From a virus (lineage: Duplodnaviria; Caudoviricetes): a stretch of DNA of 29,923 nt. Under the pieces are notes generated by a model that did not search any database, was not told the origin of the DNA, and was given only the letters and a program-made list of their open reading frames with translations. The position numbers and the translations under genes are program-made. Location of the stretch: positions 1 through 29,923 of the IMG/VR virus record IMGVR_UViG_3300030708_000355. One strand, 5' to 3'. Below are positions 1-7,920 of the stretch, one piece after another; position 1 is the first letter of the stretch, and each line of letters starts with the position of its first letter.

Positions 1-33
1 GTTGGAAAAATCCAATCCACATTGCAGGCCCTC

Positions 34-62
34 TTGCGCTCTAATCAAAACTACTATATAAA
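34..62 (+). promoter_or_regulatory. Sigma70-like promoter
   Basis: TTGCGC (34-39), 17-bp spacer, TATAAA (57-62); predicted start near 68-69, where the structured leader begins. Confidence 0.55.
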
Positions 63-68
63 TTAATC

Positions 69-138
69 ACTATACAAATAAGTTCATGCAGACGAGTATA
101 GTCGACGGCCTAGAGACTGTATGAACGTAACTAGGAGG
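69..138 (+). ncRNA. Candidate structured cis-regulatory RNA leader (interlocked pseudoknot)
   Basis: ACTATAC 69-75 pairs with GTATAGT 96-102; GTTCATGCAG 82-91 with CTGTATGAAC 117-126 (one G-U); CCTAG 109-113 with CTAGG 131-135, which overlaps the AGGAGG RBS. Confidence 0.6.
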
Positions 139-147
139 ATAAATACT

Positions 148-666
148 ATGGCACAAACTACATTTTCAGGACCAGTAAAATCTCAAAGAGGATTTGTTAC
201 TGCAGGACCTGATTCGATTGTAAACATCACAGCAGAAACTACTTTAACTTTTGCTGCTCACGCAGGTAAAGTTATTAAAATAAATGATGCAGATGGTGCA
301 ATCACACTTCCAACAATCAAAGCAGATAGCAAAGGTGCATCAGCTGGAGACAATGATCCTAACGTGAACAGTCACTTAGGTGCGGTCTACAAGTTTTTTG
401 TAGGCACAGACTCTACAGATTGCGATATTAAAACAGATGGAACTGACAAATTTGTTGGTCACGCAACTGTTGTTAACGTTGCAGATGGCACAAACAGCAC
501 ATTTGCACCAGCAGCATCTAACGATGTTATCAGCATGAACGGTGGAACTACAGGTGGAGATAAAGGTAGCACAGTTACAATTACTGCACTTGAAGATAAT
601 GTATATTTAGTAGAAGCAGTGTTAATCGGTACAGGTACTGAAGCAACACCTTTTGCAGATAGTTAA
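148..666 (+). CDS. Putative virion structural protein (capsid decoration/minor head protein-like)
   Basis: ATG at 148 follows AGGAGG (preferred over 121); Thr/Ala/Gly-rich beta-type sequence; own promoter and terminator suggest high expression. Confidence 0.6.
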   Translation: MAQTTFSGPVKSQRGFVTAGPDSIVNITAETTLTFAAHAGKVIKINDADGAITLPTIKADSKGASAGDNDPNVNSHLGAVYKFFVGTDSTDCDIKTDGTDKFVGHATVVNVADGTNSTFAPAASNDVISMNGGTTGGDKGSTVTITALEDNVYLVEAVLIGTGTEATPFADS

Positions 667-677
667 TAGATAATTAG

Positions 678-707
678 TGTGGGGCTTCGGCCCCACATTT
701 TAATTTT
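678..707 (+). terminator. Rho-independent terminator
   Basis: TGTGGGGC-TTCG-GCCCCACA 8-bp stem with C(UUCG)G tetraloop followed by TTTTAATTTT. Confidence 0.85.
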
Positions 708-718
708 AAGGAGAAAAT

Positions 719-1015
719 ATGAGTTCAGATCAGAAGTTTAGTACACTGACAGCAGATGGAAATTTTAAAACTATTACTGGTGGTTCTACTAACATCGGGC
801 CTTGTAGAGTTACATACATACAAGCTCATGGTGGAACTAACTGTTTAGTTAAATTACATGATGGAACAGGAACAAGTGGTTCTTTACAATTTCAAGCTAA
901 ATTTAGTAGTGAAGGTTTAGACATATATGTTCCAGGAAATGGTATTAGATTTGAGACAGGAGTATATTTAGATTTAACTACTACAGATTCTGTTACCATT
1001 GGTTACACTGGCTAG
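719..1015 (+). CDS. Small hypothetical virion protein
   Basis: 98 aa, AAGGAG RBS, beta-rich, within the structural operon. Confidence 0.7.
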   Translation: MSSDQKFSTLTADGNFKTITGGSTNIGPCRVTYIQAHGGTNCLVKLHDGTGTSGSLQFQAKFSSEGLDIYVPGNGIRFETGVYLDLTTTDSVTIGYTG

Positions 1016-1023
1016 AGGTTTAA

Positions 1024-1776
1024 ATGGCTAACACTACTTCAGGAACAGCGACGTTTGATAAAACTTTTGCTATTGACGAAATAATAGAAGAGGCTTTTGA
1101 AAGATTAGGATTACAAAACGTAGCGGGATATCAATTAAAAAACGCTCGTAGAACATTAAATATAATGTTTCAAGAGTGGGGTAATAGAGGTATTCACTAT
1201 TGGGAAGTAGGAGAAACTAACTTAGATTTAATAGAAGGTCAGTCAGATTATGACTTTTTTAGATCAAGTGATGATGGCACGAGTGCCACTACTACAGCTC
1301 CTGCTAGTGTGTTTGGTATATCCGATGTTCTTGAAGCACAATTAAGATCAAATAGAACTTCTACAGATCAATCAGATAGTCCAATGACTAAAGTTGATAG
1401 ATCAACATACGCAGGTTTTTCTAATAAATTATCAAAAGGTACACCTAATCAATATTGGGTAGAAAGATTTATTGATAAAGTTAGAATACACATCTATCCA
1501 ACACCAGATTCTACTAATGCATCTAAAGATATGCACTTTTATTTCATAAAAAGAATACAAGATGTAGGAGATTATACTAATGCAACTGATGTTCCGTTTA
1601 GATTTGTGCCTTGTATGGTATCTGGATTAGCCTATTATCTTGCACAAAAATACGTTCCACAACTAATACAACCAATGAAATTAGTGTATGAAGATGAGTT
1701 TCAAAGAGCATTGTCAGAAGATGGCTCTGCATCTAGCACACACATAACACCAAAAGCATACTACCCAGGAGCATAA
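1024..1776 (+). CDS. Head-tail adaptor / tail tubular protein A-like
   Basis: N-terminal helical IIEEAFERLG...LNIMFQEW, central GTPNQYW...IYPTPD, C-terminal helical GLAYYLA; pattern and position typical of podovirus adaptors. Confidence 0.6.
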   Translation: MANTTSGTATFDKTFAIDEIIEEAFERLGLQNVAGYQLKNARRTLNIMFQEWGNRGIHYWEVGETNLDLIEGQSDYDFFRSSDDGTSATTTAPASVFGISDVLEAQLRSNRTSTDQSDSPMTKVDRSTYAGFSNKLSKGTPNQYWVERFIDKVRIHIYPTPDSTNASKDMHFYFIKRIQDVGDYTNATDVPFRFVPCMVSGLAYYLAQKYVPQLIQPMKLVYEDEFQRALSEDGSASSTHITPKAYYPGA

Positions 1777-1778
1777 AT

Positions 1779-2018
1779 ATGGACAAAGATAGAATACAAT
1801 CAATAGCAGACGCAATAGCACAAGAAGATTACGGTCAAGAATTTTATGACTTATCACCTAAATTGCAAATAAAAGTTTATGAAATTGCTATGGATAGATT
1901 AAGTGACATGATGGCTGATAAAGCGGACATGATGAGAAAAGGTGAAAAATATGGTGGTCTCATTGATAAACCTCTAGGACCTGGTGGTAAAAAGAAAAAG
2001 AAAAAAAGTAAAAAATAA
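1779..2018 (+). CDS. Small hypothetical protein, acidic N-terminus and poly-Lys tail
   Basis: 79 aa; TAATG coupling to next gene; ends KYGGLIDKPLGPGGKKKKKKSKK. Confidence 0.7.
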   Translation: MDKDRIQSIADAIAQEDYGQEFYDLSPKLQIKVYEIAMDRLSDMMADKADMMRKGEKYGGLIDKPLGPGGKKKKKKSKK

Positions 2019-2512
2019 TGGCTAAATACGCAACAGGTAAATACGCAAGAGCAATATCTGATAGATCAGGTATGGAGTTTCCATACAAAGAAATGGTTAG
2101 AGAATGGAATGGTGCGTTTGTTCATGTATCGGAGTTTGAACCAAAGCAACCACAATTAGAACCAAAACCTATGAATGGTGATTCTATATCTTTACGTAAT
2201 GTTAGACCAGATAGAACAGAAACAGCTGTTCCAAAACTTTTACCATTAAATCCATTTACCACAACAAGTGGATCTACAACTATAACTGTTGATGAACCTG
2301 ACCATGGAAGATCAACAAATGATCGAGTTAGATTCAGAAATGCAGAAACAGTTGGTGGAGTTGCAGCGGCAACAATAAATTTAGCTGCAGGTTATTTAAT
2401 TACTAAAGTAAACGATGATAAATATACCTTTGCAACAGCTACAACATCTAGTATAACTGAGTCTGGAGGAGGCGGTTTTGCATCAGCAGGACCAGTAACG
2501 GTAACAGCATGA
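2018..2512 (+). CDS. Hypothetical virion protein with C-terminal small beta domain
   Basis: 164 aa; N-terminal AISDRSG..FPY..EWNG motif; C-terminal FTTT.GS.TITV...HG domain; translational coupling at both ends. Confidence 0.7.
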   Translation: MAKYATGKYARAISDRSGMEFPYKEMVREWNGAFVHVSEFEPKQPQLEPKPMNGDSISLRNVRPDRTETAVPKLLPLNPFTTTSGSTTITVDEPDHGRSTNDRVRFRNAETVGGVAAATINLAAGYLITKVNDDKYTFATATTSSITESGGGGFASAGPVTVTA

Positions 2513-2712
2513 TACAACATATTAAAAATTTTATTTGTGGATTATTTAAAATTAAACAATGTAAGTGTCCAGAGGACGAACACATAGAATATTACACTAA
2601 AGTTCCAGAGCCAGAAATACCCGTGCATGAAGAACCAAAGTGGAAATGCACTACACATAACAGATATAAAAAAAGCTGTCCTATTTGTAGAGAACTAGCA
2701 GGAGCCGCATAA
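2509..2712 (+). CDS. Small Cys/His-rich protein, possible zinc binder
   Basis: 67 aa; ATGA and TAATG overlaps; CKC and CxxH-x6-CxxC. Confidence 0.65.
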   Translation: MIQHIKNFICGLFKIKQCKCPEDEHIEYYTKVPEPEIPVHEEPKWKCTTHNRYKKSCPICRELAGAA

Positions 2713-3422
2713 TGGCAGGAATAAGTTACAATACACTAATTACACAAATTAGAAATTATACGGAAGTAGATTCTAATGTTTTAACAACAGATATTTTAGA
2801 AAACATAATTCTTAACGCACAATATAGAATAATGAGAGATGTGCCTATTGATGCAGATAGAAAACAACAATCCGTAAATTTAGTTCCAGGACAAGAAACT
2901 ATTAATGCCCCTGCGGGTTGTTTGTTTATAAGAGCAATTCAAGTTTATAACTCTAGTTCTGTTTTAACAGGACCAAATGTTTTTTTAGAAAAAAAAGACA
3001 TGAGTTATTTACAAGAATATCAAGATGTAACGGGAACAGCAGCAGCTCAAGGAAGGCCTAAATATTATGCTATGTTTGGAGGTGCAACTGGAGACACAGA
3101 CACCACATCAGGTAGAATATTTTTAGCCCCTACACCTAATACTAATTATCTAGCTAGAATTCACTTTAATAAAATGCCAGCGACTTTAGAATCTAGTAAT
3201 ACTACTAACTATATTAGTCTTAATTTTCCAAATGGACTATTATATTGTTGTTTATCAGAAGCATATGGCTTTTTAAAAGGCCCGATAGACATGTTGACTT
3301 TGTATGAAAATAAATATAAACAAGAGATACAGAAGTTTGCAGTTGAGCAAACAGGTAGAAGACGAAGAGATGACTACACTGACGGAGCTGTCAGATTTAA
3401 AATTGAATCGCCTTCACCATAA
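2712..3422 (+). CDS. Second adaptor / tail tubular protein-like
   Basis: GRPKYYA...IFLAPTPN..Y and LLYCCLSEAY; same layout as 1024..1776. Confidence 0.55.
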   Translation: MAGISYNTLITQIRNYTEVDSNVLTTDILENIILNAQYRIMRDVPIDADRKQQSVNLVPGQETINAPAGCLFIRAIQVYNSSSVLTGPNVFLEKKDMSYLQEYQDVTGTAAAQGRPKYYAMFGGATGDTDTTSGRIFLAPTPNTNYLARIHFNKMPATLESSNTTNYISLNFPNGLLYCCLSEAYGFLKGPIDMLTLYENKYKQEIQKFAVEQTGRRRRDDYTDGAVRFKIESPSP

Positions 3423-3436
3423 TAGGAGAATAAATT

Positions 3437-3889
3437 ATGGCAATATCATCAGCAATATGTTCAAGCTTTAAACAACAGCTTTTACAAGGCAAGCACAGTT
3501 TTGAATCTTCAGGTGGGCACACTTTTAAAATAGCTTTATTTGATAGTGATGCAAATTTAGGGGCATCTACTACAGGTTATTCAACTTCAGAAGAAATAAC
3601 AAATACATCAGGCTCTGCATACTCTGCAGGTGGTGCAACTTTATCAAATAATGGCGTATCACTATCTTCAACAACTGCATTTACGGACTTTGATGATGTA
3701 ACTTATACATCAGCTTCTTTCACTGCAAACGGAGCTTTAATTTATAACACAACAACAGATGGTAGTTCTTCAACAACTGATGCTGTTGCAGTTATAGCTT
3801 TTGGTGGTGACAAGACAGCAAGTAATGGAACTTTTAAAATAGAGTTTCCTGCAGCAGACGCAAGTAACGCAATAATCAGATTAGCATAG
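3437..3889 (+). CDS. Conserved-type phage structural protein (tail-associated)
   Basis: 150 aa, AGGAG RBS; FKIALF...YSAGG..L...FTDF.D...ALIYN...FGGDKT pattern common in phage tail modules. Confidence 0.65.
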   Translation: MAISSAICSSFKQQLLQGKHSFESSGGHTFKIALFDSDANLGASTTGYSTSEEITNTSGSAYSAGGATLSNNGVSLSSTTAFTDFDDVTYTSASFTANGALIYNTTTDGSSSTTDAVAVIAFGGDKTASNGTFKIEFPAADASNAIIRLA

Positions 3890-3899
3890 GAGGCCGACC

Positions 3900-4835
3900 A
3901 TGTCGGTAAGTTCAGGATGGGGCAGGTTTTCCTGGGGCCAAGCTTATTGGAATGCTGATACAACTTTAAAAACAGGTTGGGGTGCAAAATCCTGGGGTGA
4001 AGATGAGTGGGGTGAATTAAAAGATGCTGTTGCTCAACCATCTGGTCTTTCCATAACATCTAGTATTGGTTCTGTTGATATACCAGATGTTATAATTACA
4101 CCAACAGGACAATCTATTACAGTATCACAAGGTACAGCTTTCAATCCTGTAGTTGTATCAGGTGTATCTGCATCGTTTTCTATTGGATCATTAACTGTAG
4201 ATGATGTTCACCAAGGTTTATCATCAAGTGCCATAACAACTTCTGTTGGTGTAATTACACCAAATGATATGACTCTTGGTCTAACTGGTCAGTCCATGAC
4301 TTTGTCACAAGGGACAGCAAAAGCACCAAACCAAACTGTTATAGTTTCAGGTCAATCAATAACGTCATCACAAGGAACAGCACAAGGTATATCATCACAA
4401 GAAGCTACGTTAACAGGTCAATCAATAACATCTAGTTTAGGAACTGTAACAATACCAAATGCTACAGCACAGTTAACAGGTGTGTCTGCATCGTTTAGTT
4501 TAGGAGCTCTTGTGGGATTAGGTGGAGCTCTTGCTCAACCAACAGGTCAATCAGCAACAGCAAGTGTTGGATCTTTAACAGTAGCAGACGTAGCGATGGG
4601 TCTAACAGGACAATCATTTAGTGCTAGTGTAGGAACTATATCACCAGTAGATATGCAGGTAGGATTAACTGGTCAATCTGCTACGTTTAACATTGGAACG
4701 GTTAATATTTTTGCATACGGAGATATTGACACTGGTCAAAATAACAGTTATTCTGATGTACCAACAGGTTCGAATGGAACTTATTCAAATGTTGCAACAG
4801 GAACAAATAACAGCTATAATGATGTAGCAGCATAG
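3900..4835 (+). CDS. Repetitive fibre/spike-like structural protein
   Basis: AGGAGG RBS; N-terminal GWG/SWG repeats; many ~19-21-aa TGQS-x-T-x-S-x-G repeats. Confidence 0.65.
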   Translation: MSVSSGWGRFSWGQAYWNADTTLKTGWGAKSWGEDEWGELKDAVAQPSGLSITSSIGSVDIPDVIITPTGQSITVSQGTAFNPVVVSGVSASFSIGSLTVDDVHQGLSSSAITTSVGVITPNDMTLGLTGQSMTLSQGTAKAPNQTVIVSGQSITSSQGTAQGISSQEATLTGQSITSSLGTVTIPNATAQLTGVSASFSLGALVGLGGALAQPTGQSATASVGSLTVADVAMGLTGQSFSASVGTISPVDMQVGLTGQSATFNIGTVNIFAYGDIDTGQNNSYSDVPTGSNGTYSNVATGTNNSYNDVAA

Positions 4836-4844
4836 GAGAAATTT

Positions 4845-6053
4845 ATGGCATCAACGTATACGCCCCTTGGTATAGAATTACAAGCTACTGGTGAGAATGC
4901 TGGTACATGGGGAACAAAAACAAATACAAATTTACAAATTATTGAACAAATAGCTGGTGGTTTCACTGCACAATCAATTGCAGGTGGTGCACAAACAACA
5001 GCACTTTCAGTTTCTGATGGTTCTACTGGAGCTGTAATGGCTCATAGAATGATTGATTTTACAGGAACCATTACAGGAAATCAAATTGTAACAATACCTT
5101 TAGATGTACAAAATTTTTATATTTTAAGAAATTCGACTTCAGGTGCTTATACTGTACAGTTTAAATATGCATCGGGTTCAGGATCTACATTTACTTTTTC
5201 AGCTACAAATAAAAAAACAGCAATTGTTTTTGCTACAGCAAACGATAGCACAAATCCAGATATTATAGAAGTTCAAACTGGTGGAGATGTTGTAGATGAT
5301 ACATCACCACAATTAGGTGGCGATTTAGATACAAACGATTTTAATATATCTTTTGATGATGCACATGGAATTACAGATGAAAACGGAAACGAACAAATAG
5401 TATTTCAAACAACAGCGTCTGCAGTAAACCAAATAGATATAACAAATGCTGCAACAGGTAATGCACCATCTATTCAAGCAACTGGTGGTGATTCTAATAT
5501 AGATTTAAAAGTTGGACCAAAAGGAACTGGTAATATAGAAATTCTAGGAGCTACAAATCCAGGCACAATTCAGCTCAATTGTGAGGCCAACAGTCATGGG
5601 ATTATCCTACAAGGTCCCCCACATAGTGCAGGGCAATCGTATACACTAAAATTTCCAACAGGAAATGTAACAGCAGACAGATTTTTAAAAGTAGAGTCAG
5701 TATCGGGATCTGGTGCAACAGGTGTTGGACAACTATCTTTTGGGGAAGTATCAGGTGGAACATCTTGGCAATCAGTAAAAACTTCTACTTTCACAGCAGT
5801 GGCTGGTGAAGGTTATTTTATTGATACATCATCTGGTGCGATTACTATGAATTTACCCGCAGGTAGTATCGGTGATGAAGTATCTTTTATAGATTACGCA
5901 GGAACTTTCGATACAAATAATTTAACTGTAGATTCAAACGGTTCAGAAAAAATCGTGGGTTCAACTAACAACCTAACGGTTGCAACAGAAAGAGCAGCAA
6001 ACACATTAGTATACGTAGACGGAACACAGGGCTGGCTGTTAAAGAATAATTAA
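4845..6053 (+). CDS. Tail fibre protein (proximal/connector)
   Basis: AGGAG RBS; N-terminal ATGENAGTWG anchor-like motif, DTSPQLGGDLD motif and C-terminal AGEGYFIDT...LVYVD.TQGW module seen in marine phage fibres. Confidence 0.7.
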   Translation: MASTYTPLGIELQATGENAGTWGTKTNTNLQIIEQIAGGFTAQSIAGGAQTTALSVSDGSTGAVMAHRMIDFTGTITGNQIVTIPLDVQNFYILRNSTSGAYTVQFKYASGSGSTFTFSATNKKTAIVFATANDSTNPDIIEVQTGGDVVDDTSPQLGGDLDTNDFNISFDDAHGITDENGNEQIVFQTTASAVNQIDITNAATGNAPSIQATGGDSNIDLKVGPKGTGNIEILGATNPGTIQLNCEANSHGIILQGPPHSAGQSYTLKFPTGNVTADRFLKVESVSGSGATGVGQLSFGEVSGGTSWQSVKTSTFTAVAGEGYFIDTSSGAITMNLPAGSIGDEVSFIDYAGTFDTNNLTVDSNGSEKIVGSTNNLTVATERAANTLVYVDGTQGWLLKNN

Positions 6054-6062
6054 GGAGATTAG

Positions 6063-7916
6063 ATGACCAACTATAAATCTCTCGTAGGCCAAAAAATAAA
6101 AAAGGTCAGTTCAGATCCATCAAATCCATTAGAGGGTCAAATTTGGTATAATACTACTTCAGGAACTTTAAAAGGATTACCTCAACTTCAAGCATGGTCA
6201 AGTGCTTCGCCTTTAAGTACAGCTAGGCAAGCTGTGGGTGGTATTGGAACACAATCAGCAAATTTAGTTGTTGGTGGTTATGTTACCGCTGAAAGCACGT
6301 TGGTCGAAGAATATAACGGATCAGGTTGGTCAACAGGAGGTGCATTACCTGCTGCTAGACAAAGTGGAGGAGGTTTTGGCACACAAACTGCAGGAGTATA
6401 TGCAGGTGGAGGAGTGTCACCAAATTCAACAGCAACTAATTCCACGCAAGAATATGATGGTTCTTCATGGACTACCACTGGAAATTTAAATACCACAAGA
6501 GATCAAACATCGGGAGCTGGAACAGAAACTGCAGGTTTGTGTTGTGGAGGAACTCCAAACGGATCTGCTGAAACTAATACATCAGAAGAATATAATGGCT
6601 CAACATGGACTGCTGGAAATAATTTAAATTTTGCCGCTAGAAGTGTAAATAATAATAGTTTAGGAATACAAACAGCTGCGCTTTTGGTTGGAGGAAATTC
6701 AAGTGGTGCAACATCTGGAGTACAAACTTACGATGGAACTAATTGGACAACCACTACTTCTTTACCAGAGGCAAGAATGAGTTTAGCAACTTCTGGAACA
6801 CAAACATCTGGATTAGCTTTTGGGGGTAATGATGGATCTAATATAGAAAGCACTAACTTAAAATTTGATGGATCAAGTTGGACAGCTTTACCAACCATGA
6901 GCACAGCAAGGGATGGTTTAGGTGGAAGTCCCTCTGGAACTAGTGTAGCAGCTGTGGCCAGTGGAGGAAGACAACCTGGACCTGCAAATAGTTCTTTAAC
7001 AGAAGAATTTAATCAATCAGGAACTGTAACAACACCTGCAACATGGTCTAGTGGTGGTAATATGAATACTGCTAGAGGTGGAGTAAATGGTACTTCAGGA
7101 GATAAAAGTGCTGGAGCTACATTTGGAGGTCAGACTCCAGGTGGTAGAAGTAACGCAACAGAATTATACGATGGTAGTTCTTGGACTAATGGAACTAATA
7201 CCCCAGCTACAAGAAGAACTTATTTAGTAACAGGCACACAAACGGCATCTTTATTATGTGGAGGACAACCACCAACACCTACAGCGAATGGTGATGCAGA
7301 AACTTTTGAATTTGATGGATCTAGTTTTACTGATACAGGTGATATAAATAATCAAAGAGATAGTGCTGCAGGAGCAGGAACTCAAACTGCTGGGTTAGCG
7401 ATAGGAGGAAGAACTCGTCCTGGATCTACTTTTGTTTCTAATACTAACGTAGAAGAATATGATGGTAGTTCTTGGACTACAGCAACCGCATTACCAGCAG
7501 CTAATAAATCATCAACAAGTGCTACTGGTCCTCAGACAGCTGCAATTTATGCTTTAGCAAGTCCTGCTTATGTTGCTAGTTATGATGGAACTAATTGGAC
7601 TGCAATTAGTGCAACACAAGCAATGCCTAATAGTTATACTGGAACTGCTGTTGCTGGGACAAGTTCGTCAGATGCCTACATGGGTGGTGGTGAAGAACCT
7701 GGTGGAACAAGGCATGGTTTTGTACAAAAGTATGATGGTACTTCTTGGGCAAGCTCTGCAAGTTTTTCAACAGCAAGAAACAGTTTTGGATATAGTGGAA
7801 ATTCACCACTTCAACTTATTTGTGGAGGACAGGATGATTCAAGTTATACAAATAATACAGAAGAATTTACAGAAGAAACAACATCATTAAACGTAAAACA
7901 AATATTATCGAGTTAA
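6063..7916 (+). CDS. Kelch-like tandem beta-propeller protein 1 (putative receptor-binding/tail protein)
   Basis: About 12 repeats of R...G.GTQTA.L..GG...EEYDGSSW; N-terminal EGQIWYN. Confidence 0.8.
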   Translation: MTNYKSLVGQKIKKVSSDPSNPLEGQIWYNTTSGTLKGLPQLQAWSSASPLSTARQAVGGIGTQSANLVVGGYVTAESTLVEEYNGSGWSTGGALPAARQSGGGFGTQTAGVYAGGGVSPNSTATNSTQEYDGSSWTTTGNLNTTRDQTSGAGTETAGLCCGGTPNGSAETNTSEEYNGSTWTAGNNLNFAARSVNNNSLGIQTAALLVGGNSSGATSGVQTYDGTNWTTTTSLPEARMSLATSGTQTSGLAFGGNDGSNIESTNLKFDGSSWTALPTMSTARDGLGGSPSGTSVAAVASGGRQPGPANSSLTEEFNQSGTVTTPATWSSGGNMNTARGGVNGTSGDKSAGATFGGQTPGGRSNATELYDGSSWTNGTNTPATRRTYLVTGTQTASLLCGGQPPTPTANGDAETFEFDGSSFTDTGDINNQRDSAAGAGTQTAGLAIGGRTRPGSTFVSNTNVEEYDGSSWTTATALPAANKSSTSATGPQTAAIYALASPAYVASYDGTNWTAISATQAMPNSYTGTAVAGTSSSDAYMGGGEEPGGTRHGFVQKYDGTSWASSASFSTARNSFGYSGNSPLQLICGGQDDSSYTNNTEEFTEETTSLNVKQILSS

Positions 7917-7920
7917 AATT

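Noticed and set aside
2-15. TTGGA-AAAA-TCCAA hairpin
   Set aside because: Too short and at the window edge
69-138. Hammerhead, HDV-like ribozyme or tRNA
   Set aside because: No CUGANGA/GAAA core, helix order does not match HDV, no cloverleaf
121-147. ORF-track start at 121
   Set aside because: Lies inside the P2 helix with no RBS; ATG at 148 has AGGAGG at proper spacing
3294-3320. TTGACT...TATAAA promoter-like sequence
   Set aside because: 15-bp spacer and inside AT-rich coding sequence
5563-5582. CACAATT/AATTGTG inverted repeat in the fibre gene
   Set aside because: 7-bp AT-rich stem expected by chance; no U-tract
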